From Macrostomum lignano (taxonomy: Eukaryota), in assembly GCA_002269645.1 (NCBI GenBank), contig NIVC01004385.1, forward strand, positions 1-47,875: a stretch of 47,875 nt of DNA, given 5' to 3'. Positions 23,501 through 35,904 of the stretch are shown in pieces. Below the pieces are notes generated by a model. It worked only from the letters and a program-made list of their open reading frames with translations. It ran no database searches and was not told the origin of the DNA. Position 1 is the first letter of the stretch. The number at the start of each line of letters is the position of its first letter. A program made the translations under genes and the position numbers.

Positions 23501-23647
23501 ACTGTACGGCTGCTGCTGCTGCTGCTGCGGCTGCTGCAGCTGCCAGTGTGACAGCATCCGCTGCTGCTGCTGCTGCCGACTGCTGGGCTGATGAAGCGCC
23601 TGATGTTGCTGCTGCAGTTGCAGTTGAAACCCAACATTATCCGCCAT
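17568..23647 (-). CDS. SRCIN1 (p140Cap)/KIAA1217 (sickle tail)-like AIP3-domain coiled-coil protein, about 890 aa. Proposed exons: 23647(or 23692)-23453, 22772-22529, 22013-21806, 21414-21116, 21027-20695, 20007-19907, ~19617-19211, 19147-18721, 18020-17568
   Basis: AFLIFRDQVRRVQLPAKINSLDTVKEMFVQAFSQ...IYVQDKTCRQLFYELEDVRDVRPNCLLKI matches the AIP3-domain core of SRCIN1/KIAA1217 (LYLQYGDETKQLRMPNEITSADTIRALFVSAFP...IYIKDESRNVYYELNDVRNIQDRSLLKV). Proposed exons are GT-AG, phase-consistent and sum to 2667 nt. The acceptor near 19617 and the 63-nt intron are uncertain. Confidence 0.78.
18150..18690. repeat. 15-bp minisatellite (GAGAGACACCTCTGA) in the last intron of the SRCIN1-like gene
   Basis: Direct reading. 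Confidence 0.95.
19640..19862. repeat. Degenerate ~60-bp tandem repeat, about 4 copies, intronic
   Basis: GGAGTGAGGTAGGCGTCCAACT...GTGCCGCGAGGTTTAA recurs. Confidence 0.75.
20040..20632. repeat. 30-bp minisatellite, intronic
   Basis: Unit GACAATCAAACGACCTTGAGAGATCAGTTG; the ORF 20034-20633 is just this repeat. Confidence 0.97.
21430..21802. repeat. (GTTA)n grading into (GTCA)n/(GGCA)n microsatellite, intronic
   Basis: Direct reading. Confidence 0.95.
22310..22472 (-). mobile_element. tRNA-derived SINE with a CORE/V-like central domain, intronic
   Basis: On the minus strand, A-box TAGCCTAGTGATTAG and B-box GGATTCGATTC are followed by CTCTTGTGCCCTTCAGTTCACCCAGCTATAAAATGGGTGCC, similar to CORE/V-SINE conserved domains. 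Confidence 0.65.
22787..23441 (+). repeat. 42-bp satellite array 1
   Basis: Unit GATGTTGGCTAGATTAGCAATCCATTCTATTCCTTCATTGGT; it gives the MLARLAIHSIPSLV pseudo-ORF. Confidence 0.97.
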
Positions 23648-23709
23648 TGCACCAAGGGCGAAGGCTGCGCTAGCTCTGCGATAGCTGGCCTCCTGTGCGA
23701 CAGGGGATT

Positions 23710-23780
23710 GTGAGTGAACTGGTTAGTGAAGGTCAGAGTTGCTCAGTCCAGATGGCCCTAGGTTCGATTCCACAAGAAAA
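23710..23780 (+). other. tRNA-like/SINE head relic
   Basis: Perfect B-box GGTTCGATTCC at 23761-23771, with only a weak A-box upstream. Confidence 0.3.
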
Positions 23781-23861
23781 ATTTGCTTCTAAAAGATTGA
23801 CAAACTACTTAAATGCAGGGAGTGTAAACTACCTAAGACGGATATTAAGAAAACAGCTGGC

Positions 23862-24082
23862 CCCTGTACACCCTGTATGTGCGTGTACACCCTTTATGTG
23901 CGTGTACACCCTGTATGAGCGTCCACACCCTTTATGAGCGTGTACACCCTGTATGAGCGTGTACACCCTGTATGAGCGTGTACACCCTGTATGAGCGTGT
24001 ACACCCTGTATGAGCGTGTACACCCTGTATGAGCGTGTACACCCTGTATGAGCGTGTACACCCTGTATGAGCGTGTACACCC
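23862..24082. repeat. 19-bp minisatellite (TGTACACCCTGTATGAGCG)
   Basis: Direct reading. Confidence 0.95.
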
Positions 24083-24825
24083 TGGAGAAAAGCTTTCGGT
24101 GACACTGTTCCACAACCAAGCGCTGAAGCAAATTCTGTCTGCCCATTCCGCAATAGTGTACGTAGGCACGAACTCACACCGGGTGTACAACGACCCTGAC
24201 TTTCTAATCGTCAGGTATCAACACACTCGGTGCCTTATTGAGTTTGGACCCTCATGACAGCCCCCCGTGGGCTCGTAAATCCAGACGAGTTCTGAAAAAT
24301 AGGTTCGCACTTTCTAAATTGTCTTCTTCACGGCTGGCTGGCTGTGGCTGAATGGTGACGAGTGGCATTAGAGGGAGAGCAGAGCAGAGAGAAGAAGCAA
24401 ATTCTCAGAGTGGCTCTTCTCGCCTCTCTGAACCGGAAGCCCGGCTGGGCGGAGAAGGGATCTGGGGTGGGGGTGGGGGGTTGAGACTTTTTGCGGCTGG
24501 ATTGGAAACGTGTGTGTGGGAGGCTTGTCAAGCTGGCTTGGCAAAGGGGTTGAGGAGGGAAAAAGCAAAGCGTGAGGTTTCAGCTTCGTGGGGGGGGGAT
24601 TTCAATGCGAGGCATTGAGCCCGAGGGGTCTCGCAGGCGCTAGTGGATTAAGTAGCTAGAAAGGTGTTCACTTTCACCTGAACTGCTGCTGATGCTGCCC
24701 TGCCACTAAGCAGCCCTCCTGCCTACTCAGGCACTCAGAGCCGTCACTTTTGTCGTTCGATTTTATTCTCTTTTAAAATGAATTAAACTCAAGCCGCTCA
24801 GGATGCTGCGAGTGACAAATGCTTT

Positions 24826-25585
24826 GGCGATTACTGGTGAGGGAGACAGAGGACCATAATGCTGATGGATTGCTAATCTAGCCAACATCACCAATGAAGG
24901 AATAGAATGGATTGCTAATCTAGCCAACATCACCTATGAAGGAATAGAATGGATTGCTAATCTAGCAAACATCACCTATGAAGGAATAGAATGGATTGCT
25001 AATCTAGCCAACATCACCAATGAAGGAATAGAATGGATTGCTAATCTAGCCAACATATCACCAATGAAGGAATAGAATGGATTGCTAATCTAGCCAACAT
25101 ATCACCAATGAAGGAATAGAATGGATTGCTAATCTAGCCAACATATCCCCAATGAAGGAATAGAATGGATTGGTGAGGGAGACAGAGGACCATAATGCTG
25201 ATGGATTGCTAATCTAGCCAACATCACCAATGAAGGAATAGAATGGATTGGTGAGGGAGACAGAGGACCATAATGCTGATGGATTGCTAATCTAGCCAAC
25301 ATCACCAATGAAGGAATAGAATGGATTGGTGAGGGAGACAGAGGACCATAATGCTGATGGATTGCTAATCTAGCCAACATCACCAATGAAGGAATAGAAT
25401 GGATTGCTGATCTAGCCAACATCACCAATGAAGGAATAGAATGGATTGCTGATCTAGCCAACAACATCAATGAAGGAATAGAATGGATTGCTAATCTAGC
25501 CAACAACATCAATGAAGGAATAGAATGGATTGCTAATCTAACTAACATTACCAATCAATAGATAGAATGGATTGCTAATCTACGC
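24826..25585 (-). repeat. 42-bp satellite array 2, inverted relative to arrays 1 and 3, with 78-bp composite units
   Basis: Reverse complement of the array 1 unit. Confidence 0.95.
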
Positions 25586-27894
25586 AATTAAATCTACAAA
25601 GAAACTGAATTAACTAATTGTTCACATTAAGGTGATGATCATCGAGTTTTCATCTAACTTGAGCGGACAATTTCGTTAAATTGGAACTGGAATTCTTGGA
25701 AACTCGTGCACGAATCATCGGCGCTATTCCAGAGGCCACGAGGATTGTCCTGTCCAAATCCGACTGCTAATCAGCTCGGTGTTATTTGTCTCTAATCAGG
25801 TACCTGTGGCTAGTCTTGCATTTCTCACCTCGCCACCTACCTTTAGATCAGGATTAGACAAGGGCGCTAAGCCAATGTAATTATCGAACATCTAACAGGC
25901 AGGTGACGTTGCTTTGCGAATTATCTTGTCCTAATAAATTTCCCACACGCTGGATGGCTGCTTAGCTAAGAATGAATATCGCTTCATTCGGGTGAGAGAA
26001 TTCTCCGTCATCTCAGCTACACAGACATCTTTTTTGTTTTTTCGCTTCGCAGAAATTGATTACTAAACCTATATTCGGAAATTCGGATGTAGCTAGCGGA
26101 AAAATTAATGAATATTATAACAAAAAACAGCATCATAATTTTTCTCCAATGAATTAATAACTAAATATCACGGTTGATTTCGCTTTGGCAGACGAATTAA
26201 TTTAAATGAATTTCTTTTCTGTCGTAATTAATCGGTTATTTGTAAATAAAATTCTGGAATTTTTTCGATATATTTCTATAATAATTGCTTTTTGTTTTGC
26301 GCAGTAATTGCAAAAAAATTGGAATAATTCACTTTTAAAATATATGAAGAACTTATTGTTGAACAGCCAAAGTTCTGTGTCCTTTTTTTCCAAATAAATA
26401 AGCTATTAGGAATAACTCTATGATCACCAGAATAGAGCTGGGAATTGTAATGATTTATTTGTTTAAGTACACTGACTTATTGATTATTCTCTTTAACTAA
26501 GTTATCTGCAACTATCTAAATATACTAAATCTCTAAGGTTTGTATGCTTGAATGTCCATAACGCTCTAGTTACTTACTATACTTATACTTATGCTACTTA
26601 ACTATATTTTACCTATACTATGTTACTTATACTATATGGTTCGATTTCGTTTCTTATTTTCGATTTTTTCTACTTGAAATTGATTTGTACTTTTATTTTC
26701 CACAGTTTAACTACAATGAGTCAATCTACCAATGTGCTTTCTATACCATTAGCTCAATTTCTATTATTTTATATACTTTTAACTAAGCATCAATCATTGA
26801 TTGCGTTTATAGTCAAGTCGGTAATTGCTACAAGGGTCCGCTGTATACCTTCTAAATGCAAAAGTTACAGTTTTAGTTGTACTAATAAATTGTCTGTTAA
26901 TCAGTAATTGAAGGCGAAACAGTGGAGGAACTGGCCATGGGAATTGCAGGTCTATCGGTTAACGGTTGAATAAAATAATGACCTCGGGACAAAGGGAAAC
27001 TGCTCGCTTAATTAATCCCCTCTGATTGACGACCTTTTTTCTAACTAACATTGTGTGGTAGCAAGTTTTCCTTTGTTACACAGCCCAGGCGACTGCCTGT
27101 CCGCCTCATCAATGACTTGCTGCTAAAAGGAAACCCCCGATCCACACGCACACACGCAAAAACGTCTGCTTCAAGATTCCTTTGTGCTCGACAAAGATTG
27201 GGGAGGGGCAAAGGCGACGGTGAAATAAATAAATATATGCCGTGCAATGCATACTGCGGAGTGTATACTAAGGACGAGCCAAAGGCTACATTACACATAC
27301 CTGGGCCTGCTAGTCTGTGCCTTCTCCTATCTCTAGCTTCGAACTTCAGACTATGCCTCTCTCTTCTCGTCTCAATCTGCAGTATATGATTCGCGCGAAT
27401 TTGCTAAAGCACTTCATCTTGCCCTAATACCCTACCACCCCTCCTTAGTCGCCTAGCTATAGTTGAGGATGGATGAGGGGAGAGAGGGGGGTGGTTAAAG
27501 GAGGTGGCGCACAGGCACGCAACGGCATGCGCGCGCACCCTGCCCGCCCGCCTGCCTGCGAATGATGAAGATGATGATGATTCTGCTGCACAGTTTTTTT
27601 ACCGCGTGGCTGAGCAAAAGAGATGAGCGAGAGCAGGGCCCCACACACACAACAGGGAAGGGGCGGGACGCTTTTGAGGAGAAATTGCCTTGGAAAGGGC
27701 GGAGAGAACAAGAGAGAGAGAGAGAGAGAGAGCGACAGTGATGAAGAGAGAAGCTGAGCCAGACTGTTTAGTGGAGCACTAAGAGCTCGCGGATCTGGAT
27801 AGAAGCTGACGGAACTTTTCAGAAGCAATTTTAATTGGCTAAAGAGGTTATGAACTCGATATAGTTTAGTCGACTACAGTGGAAGTCTTGCAAA

Positions 27895-28145
27895 ATTTTA
27901 CAAGCTCGAAACTTCATAAATTCGAAACTTCACAAGTTTGAAGCTTCATGATTTCAAGACTTCACATGCTCGAAACTTCATAAATTCGAATTTTCATAAA
28001 CACGAAAATTCACAAGTTCGAAAATTCATAAATTCGAAACTTCTGTCTGTCTGTCTCACAAGTTGGAAGCTTCATGATTTCAAGACTTCACATGCTCGAA
28101 ACTTCATAAATTCGAAGCTTGATAAACACGAAACTTTATAATTTC
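27895..28145. repeat. Degenerate CGAAACTTCATAAATT repeat with a ~120-bp internal duplication
   Basis: The block starting AAGCTTCATGATTTCAAGACTTCACATGCTCGAAAC occurs twice. Confidence 0.75.
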
Positions 28146-29172
28146 AAAACACCATATTAGCTAATTTTAACTAGCCAGTTTTAATGCTTCAAACCTACAC
28201 TTGAACTACTTCTAATTCAGTCATCCATGGTTTCTTTCACGTCTTTCACGTCCATGAAGTTTGTAATGGCGACAGTTTCCAATCCAAGTGTTAGGTAGGG
28301 TCTACAATTCACTTTTATATTTATTGCTCTGAGCTGATATACCAAGGACTTCTAGATTTTTTATCTGGACTGGCAGCGGACGTTGCGCCGGTCATTTCTA
28401 TGGTTTCGAAGGAGTCTAAAATTGAAATCCTAGAAATTTCCTAACCCTACTCAGATTCTTGACTTGGAAAATTCGTTGGGTGGGAAATTGAGTTAAGGAT
28501 AAATTAAGAACACTTATTGGATGGATGAAATTCGTCCGAAACGAACTCCACGATTCTTCATATTATATAAAACACTGCGCATAGTTTCCATTCCAGTATT
28601 CTAGGGCTTGGATCGCCATGAACTGCCTGGACAACCCGATGCAAAACAGGTCCGGTCCACTCTCGCCCCATCTCGTCGTTCCTCTAATTTCCTCTCAGAC
28701 TCCCGAGTCCCAACGAAGCAACTTGGTGCGGTATTGCATGGACTCGAGAAACGCGTGCTCCCAGCGGAGCGCGAGGCTGCATGGCTAGAGCAGTTCAAAT
28801 AGCTGCGATCCGCCAGTGTCAACAATGCACAGTGCTGGCCTGAAGACTTTTATCTAGCCAAGCGATCTCTTAAGCTCTCCGTGTCTTATATGCGGCCGGG
28901 GAAACCTTCCTCATCATTATCTCAGCTGTGCCGATGGTGCCGCCTTCTCACCCTCTTCTCACTCTCTAACTTGAGAAGTCATAAAAATTCGTCCATTTTA
29001 AGCCGACGCCAATCCCTATAGGCGTCAAATCATATATTAATATTCATATACATACATATATAACTATACTTCTCGTTGCTGATTCGTTTCATTTATATTT
29101 TTTCATTACTATTGCCTGGTTAAACCCACGCTTAGGAATACAAGATTCCGATTTTTCCTGTTCCTGTAGATT

Positions 29173-29810
<638 letters not shown>

Positions 29811-30189
29811 ATGCAGTTACCAGTAGCCGCCAGACGCATCGGCAGAAGTAAAAGTGCGGAGCCCAAGAAGTTGCTTATACGCAGTGACTATTGATAAAAC
29901 TGCTAGATCAATCAGCAATGTCCCTAGCTAAAGCCCTGCCATGCATAATGACTGTCACAGATACCACCGCGGTGCCGTACAGCAATTCAATTTCCAAGCC
30001 GTGTCTGCCAAGACTCCCTAACCTCTTGGGAGATTTTCTACCAAAGCGGTGGCAGGGAGTTTCTAATCTGAGTTGCTGAGTCTCTTAGCTGCTGGGACCA
30101 GTTGATGAAATGAATCAGTGTCATGTTTGCTGACCTCGCCGTGATACCTGCACAGATTTTAATGTACATGCAGATCTTTTCAACCGCCT

Positions 30190-31180
30190 CAATCCCATTG
30201 ATTTGATACTTGATTGAGGCGACTTAATCCCTTTGAATTGATACTTGATTGAGGCGACTCAATCCCTTTGAATTGATGCTTGATTGAGGCGACTCAATCC
30301 CTTTGAATTGATACTTGATTGAGGCGACTTAATCCCTTTGATTTGATACTTGATTGAGGCGACTCAATCCCTTTGAATTGATACTTGATTGAGGCGACTT
30401 AATCCCATTGATTTGATACTTGATTGAGGCGCATCAATCCCTTTGAATTGATACTTGATTGATGCACTCAAACCCTTTGATTTGATACTTGATTGAGGCG
30501 CATCAATCCCTTTGATTTGATACTTGATTGAGGCGCATCAATCCCTTTGATTTGATACTTGATTGATGCACTCAACCCCTTTGATTTGATACTTGATTGA
30601 GGCGCATCAATCCCTTTGATTTGATACTTGATTGAGGCGCATCAATCCCTTTGATTTGATACTTGATTGAGGCGCATCAATCCCTTTGAATTGATACTTG
30701 ATTGAGGCGCATCAATCCCTTTGATTTGATATTTGATTGAGGCGCATCAGTTCCTTTGATTTATACTTGATTGAGGCGCATCAATCCCTTTGATTTGATA
30801 CTTGATTGAGGCGCATCAATCCCTTTGATTTGATACTTGATTGAGGCGACTCAATCATTTGATTTGATACTTGATTAAGGCGACTCAATCCCTTTGATTT
30901 GATACTTGATTAAGGCGCATCAATCCCTTTGATTTGATACTTGATTGAGGCGACTCAATCATTTGATTTGATACTTGATTGAGGCGACTCAATCATTTGA
31001 TTTGATACTTGATTAAGGCGCATCAATCCCTTTGATTTGATACTTGATTGAGGCGACTCAATCATTTGATTTGATACTTGATTGAGGCGACTCAATCATT
31101 TGATTTGATACTTGATTAAGGCGACTCAATCCCTTTGATTTGATACTTGATTAAGGCGACTCAATCCCTTTGATTTGATA
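30190..31180. repeat. 35-bp minisatellite (AATCCCTTTGATTTGATACTTGATTGAGGCGCATC)
   Basis: 35-bp period (e.g. 30783 to 30818). Confidence 0.95.
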
Positions 31181-31479
31181 CTATAAAAAATTTATAACAA
31201 TAAAATTAATGCAGTATTTCTATGCTAACTATAATATTAGTGCAAAAACTCCTTACAATAATATTTATGGCCAACATGCACTATATAATCCAAACAATCA
31301 TCTTGATTGGGAATTTTAATATGCAGGATAATTGTAGAATTGGGAAGCAGTGAAAGAGTGGGAAGTCTTGCATTTGTTTGGTCGCAATAACTGAAATGAA
31401 TTCAATTAATTAGCTTTTCTAGGAAGTGGAGCTAACCTAACCAATTCTGGGGCAGTTGGGGGGGGGGGCATTCTTCAAT

Positions 31480-31810
31480 TAACCCACCGCAGCCAAGCTA
31501 GCGAACGGGAACTTTGGGAGCTTGGGAAAAGATAAGTAACTTGGCAAATTTAGGGAACTTGTGGGTAATTGTGGATTTTAGGAAACTTAGGGAACTAGAA
31601 AAATTTGGGGAATTCGGGGAATTTGATGGCCAAGACGGTAGATAAACTTGGGGAATTTAGGAAGCTTGGGGAAGGTGGAGAATTCTGCAAATTTGGAGAA
31701 TTTGGACAATTTGGGGGAGACTTTAAGGAATGTTTGGGTATTTGTAGAATTTGGGGAAATTGGGAAATTTGGTGAATTTGGAGAATTTGGGAAATTGCAG
31801 GAATTTAGTT
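31480..31810. repeat. Degenerate GGGGAATTT-type low-complexity repeat
   Basis: Direct reading. Confidence 0.6.
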
Positions 31811-31897
31811 TTTTATAGTTCGTTTGCCATTTTTTGCGCTAATATCGTCATACATTGCAGCTGCGAGTTCTCATTTTTCGTGTGATAGAATATTTAT

Positions 31898-34800
31898 GAT
31901 GAAAAAATAACCATCGATATGAACTAGCTAATCCGGTGTGATTTATGATATTATAGCTATGTACAAGCCATTGCAGCACAAGGGAAGACACTTCATTATT
32001 TATTTGGCCTGAGAAGCTTGAAACATCTGCTCTGTTTTTGCTCTAAAATTAATTTTAGTGGAGCTGTTTTTCTACCACCAATTAGTAGAAAAGTCGGCTC
32101 AATGGAGTCGGTAGATAAGAGCCGATAGATAAGAGGCGGCTCAATGGAGTCGGTAGATAAGAGCCGGTAGATAAGAGGCGGCTCAATGGAGTCGGTAGAT
32201 AAGAGCCGGTAGATAAGAGGCGGCTCAATGGAGTCGGTAGATAAGAGCCGGTAGATAAGAGGCGGTAGATAAGAGCCGGTAGATAAGAGGCGGTAGATAA
32301 GAGGCGGTAGATAAGAGGCGGTAGATAAGAGGCAGTAGATAAGAGCCGGTAGATAAGAGGCGGTAGATAAGAGCCGGTAGATAAGAATCGGTAGATAAGA
32401 GGCGGTAGATAAGAGGCGGTAGATAAGAGGCGGTAGATAAGGGTCGATAGAAAATAATCAGTAGATAAGAGTCGGTAGATAAGAGGCAGTAGATAAGAGT
32501 CGGTAGATAAGAGTCGGTAGAAAAGAGGCGGTAGATAAGAGGCGGTAGATAAGGGTCGATAGAAAATAATCAGTAGATAAGAGTCGGTAGATAAGAGGCA
32601 GTAGATAAGAGTCGGTAGATAAGAGGCAGTAGATAAGAGGCAGTAGATAAGAGTCGGTAGATAAGAATCGGCAGATAAGAGGCAGTAGATAAGAGTCGGT
32701 AGATAAGATTCGGTAGATAAGAGGCAGTAGATAAGAGTCGGTAGATAAGAATCGGTAGATAAGAGGCAGTAGATAAGAGTCGGTAGATAAGAATCGGTAG
32801 ATAAGAGGCAGTAGATAAGAGTCGGTAGAAAAGAGTCGGTAGATAAGAGTCAGTAGATAAGAGGCAGTAGATAAGAGTCGGTAGATAAGAGGCAGTAGAT
32901 AAGAGGCAGTAGATAAGAGGCAGTAGAAAAGAGTCGGTAGATAAGAGTCAGTAGATAAGAAGCAGTAGATAAGAGGCAGTAGATAAGAGTCGGTAGATAA
33001 GAGTCGGTAGAAAAGAGTCGGCAGAAAAGAGTCGGTAGAAAAGAGTCGGTAGCGAAAAGTCGGCAGAAGAGTCGCTGCGTGCCATGCGCCGGCACACTCA
33101 CCCAGTTGATGCCATCTTCAAAGTCGCCGCAGAAAGTGCATCCATCGTAAGAATCCGGCCCGTCCATGGCTTTTTATGTTTTTGATGAAAAAATAACCAT
33201 CGATATGAACTAGCTAATCCGGTGTGATTTATGATATTATAGCTATGTACAAGCCATTGCAGCACAAGGGAAGACACTCCATTATTTATTTGGCCTGAGA
33301 AGCTTGAAACATCTGCTCTGTTTCTGCTCTAAAATTAATTTTAGTGGAGCTGTTTTTCTACCACCAATTAGTAGAAAAGTCGGCTCAATGGAGTCGGTAG
33401 ATAAGAGCCGATAGATAAGAGGCGGCTCAATGGAGTCGGTAGATAAGAGCCGGTAGATAAGAGGCGGCTCAATGGAGTCGGTAGATAAGAGCCGGTAGAT
33501 AAGAGGCGGTAGATAAGAGGCGGTAGATAAGAGGCGGTAGATAAGAGGCAGTAGATAAGAGCCGGTAGATAAGAGGCGGTAGATAAGAGCCGGTAGATAA
33601 GAATCGGTAGATAAGAGGCGGTAGATAAGAGGCGGTAGATAAGAGGCGGTAGATAAGAGCCGGTAGATAAGAATCGGTAGATAAGAGCCGGTAGATAAGA
33701 GGCGGTAGATAAGAGCCGGTAGATAAGAATCGGTAGATAAGAGGCGGTAGATAAGAGGCGGTAGATAAGAGGCGGTAGATAAGAGCCGGTAGATAAGAGG
33801 CGGTAGATAAGAGCCGGTAGATAAGAATCGGTAGATAAGAGCCGGTAGATAAGAGGCGGTAGATAAGAGCCGGTAGATAAGAATCGGTAGATAAGAGGCG
33901 GTAGATAAGAGGCGGTAGATAAGAATCGGTAGATAAGAGGCAGTAGATAAGAGCCGGTAGATAAGAGGCGGTAGATAAGAGCCGGTAGATAAGAATCGGT
34001 AGATAAGAGCCGGTAGATAAGAGGCGGTAGATAAGAGCCGGTAGATAAGAATCGGTAGATAAGAGGCGGTAGATAAGAGGCGGTAGATAAGAGGCGGTAG
34101 ATAAGGGTCGATAGAAAATAATCAGTAGATAAGAGTCGGTAGATAAGAGGCAGTAGATAAGAGTCGGTAGATAAGAGTCGGTAGAAAAGAGGCGGTAGAT
34201 AAGAGGCGGTAGATAAGGGTCGATAGAAAATAATCAGTAGATAAGAGTCGGTAGATAAGAGGCAGTAGATAAGAGTCGGTAGATAAGAGTCGGTAGAAAA
34301 GAGGCAGTAGATAAGAGGCAGTAGATAAGTTCGGTAGATAAGAGTCGGCAGATAAGAGGCAGTAGATAAGAGTCGGTAGATAAGATTCGGTAGATAAGAG
34401 GCAGTAGATAAGAGTCGGTAGATAAGAATCGGTAGATAAGAGGCAGTAGATAAGAGTCGGTAGATAAGAATCGGTAGATAAGAGGCAGTAGATAAGAGTC
34501 GGTAGAAAAGAGTCGGTAGATAAGAGTCAGTAGATAAGAGGCAGTAGATAAGAGTCGGTAGATAAGAGGCAGTAGATAAGAGGCAGTAGATAAGAGGCAG
34601 TAGAAAAGAGGCAGTAGATAAGAGCCGGTAGATAAGAGGCGGTAGATAAGAGGCGGTAGATAAGAGGCGGTAGATAAGAGGCAGTAGATAAGAGCCGGTA
34701 GATAAGAGGCGGTAGATAAGAGCCGGTAGATAAGAATCGGTAGATAAGAGGCGGTAGATAAGAGGCGGTAGATAAGAGGCGGTAGATAAGGGTCGATAGA

Positions 34801-35540
34801 AAATAATCAGTAGATAAGAGTCGGTAGATAAGAGGCAGTAGATAAGAGTCGGTAGATAAGAGTCGGTAGAAAAGAGGCGGTAGATAAGAGGCGGTAGATA
34901 AGGGTCGATAGAAAATAATCAGTAGATAAGAGTCGGTAGATAAGAGGCAGTAGATAAGAGTCGGTAGATAAGAGTCGGTAGAAAAGAGGCAGTAGATAAG
35001 AGGCAGTAGATAAGTTCGGTAGATAAGAGTCGGCAGATAAGAGGCAGTAGATAAGAGTCGGTAGATAAGATTCGGTAGATAAGAGGCAGTAGATAAGAGT
35101 CGGTAGATAAGAATCGGTAGATAAGAGGCAGTAGATAAGAGTCGGTAGATAAGAATCGGTAGATAAGAGGCAGTAGATAAGAGTCGGTAGAAAAGAGTCG
35201 GTAGATAAGAGTCAGTAGATAAGAGGCAGTAGATAAGAGTCGGTAGATAAGAGGCAGTAGATAAGAGGCAGTAGATAAGAGGCAGTAGAAAAGAGTCGGT
35301 AGATAAGAGTCAGTAGATAAGAAGCAGTAGATAAGAGGCAGTAGATAAGAGTCGGTAGATAAGAGTCGGTAGAAAAGAGTCGGCAGAAAAGAGTCGGTAG
35401 AAAAGAGTCGGTAGCGAAAAGTCGGCAGAAGAGTCGCTGCGTGCCATGCGCCGGCACACTCACCCAGTTGATGCCATCTTCAAAGTCGCCGCAGAAAGTG
35501 CATCCATCGTAAGAATCCGGCCCGTCCATGGCTTTTTATG
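31898..35540. repeat. Tandem segmental duplication (copy A 31898-33178, copy B 33184-35540). Each copy = ~190-bp spacer + 14-bp GTAGATAAGAGNC-type satellite + ~130-bp unique tail
   Basis: The spacer and tail recur nearly identically; the satellite is expanded in copy B. Confidence 0.92.
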
Positions 35541-35904
35541 TGTCAAATGAATTCATGCGAAAAAGAACTGTTGTTAAATCGTTTGGAAAGTCAGTTCGTT
35601 TAACTTCAATACAGTACAGTAAGCCTGGGGATTCAAGTTTTAACTGTTTCTATATAGGACTACAATTTCAAACGTTTATCACAATCAGTCCCATCAACTA
35701 TTGGCTATGCCATTCTACCTCTGGAAGAGCTTCAACAAACCACGGGCAGACTTCCCAGAAACTGTCATATAGTCAAGCGCTTGCAAATCCATTGGCTAAC
35801 GGGCTGGATGACCAATAGGAGGGAAATTGCGATTTAAAACTATTCAAAACAAAGTCTGACGTCTTAGTATCAATCTGCGCATTCTGTTATCGGGAATAAT
35901 GGAA

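Noticed and set aside
24195-24222. Hammerhead ribozyme core (CTGACGA...GAAA on the minus strand)
   Set aside because: Only 3 nt lie between the core halves, so stem II cannot form.
27041-28900. Short ORFs and splice-like sites at 27.0-27.8 kb and 28.6-28.9 kb
   Set aside because: I could not recognise a protein motif or build a phase-consistent gene model. They may be UTR or regulatory sequence of the SRCIN1-like gene; unresolved.
29900-30100. Second half of the PHD finger (CCTAPRWYL* on the minus strand)
   Set aside because: It lacks the CxxC and His ligands and hits a stop; indistinguishable from chance.
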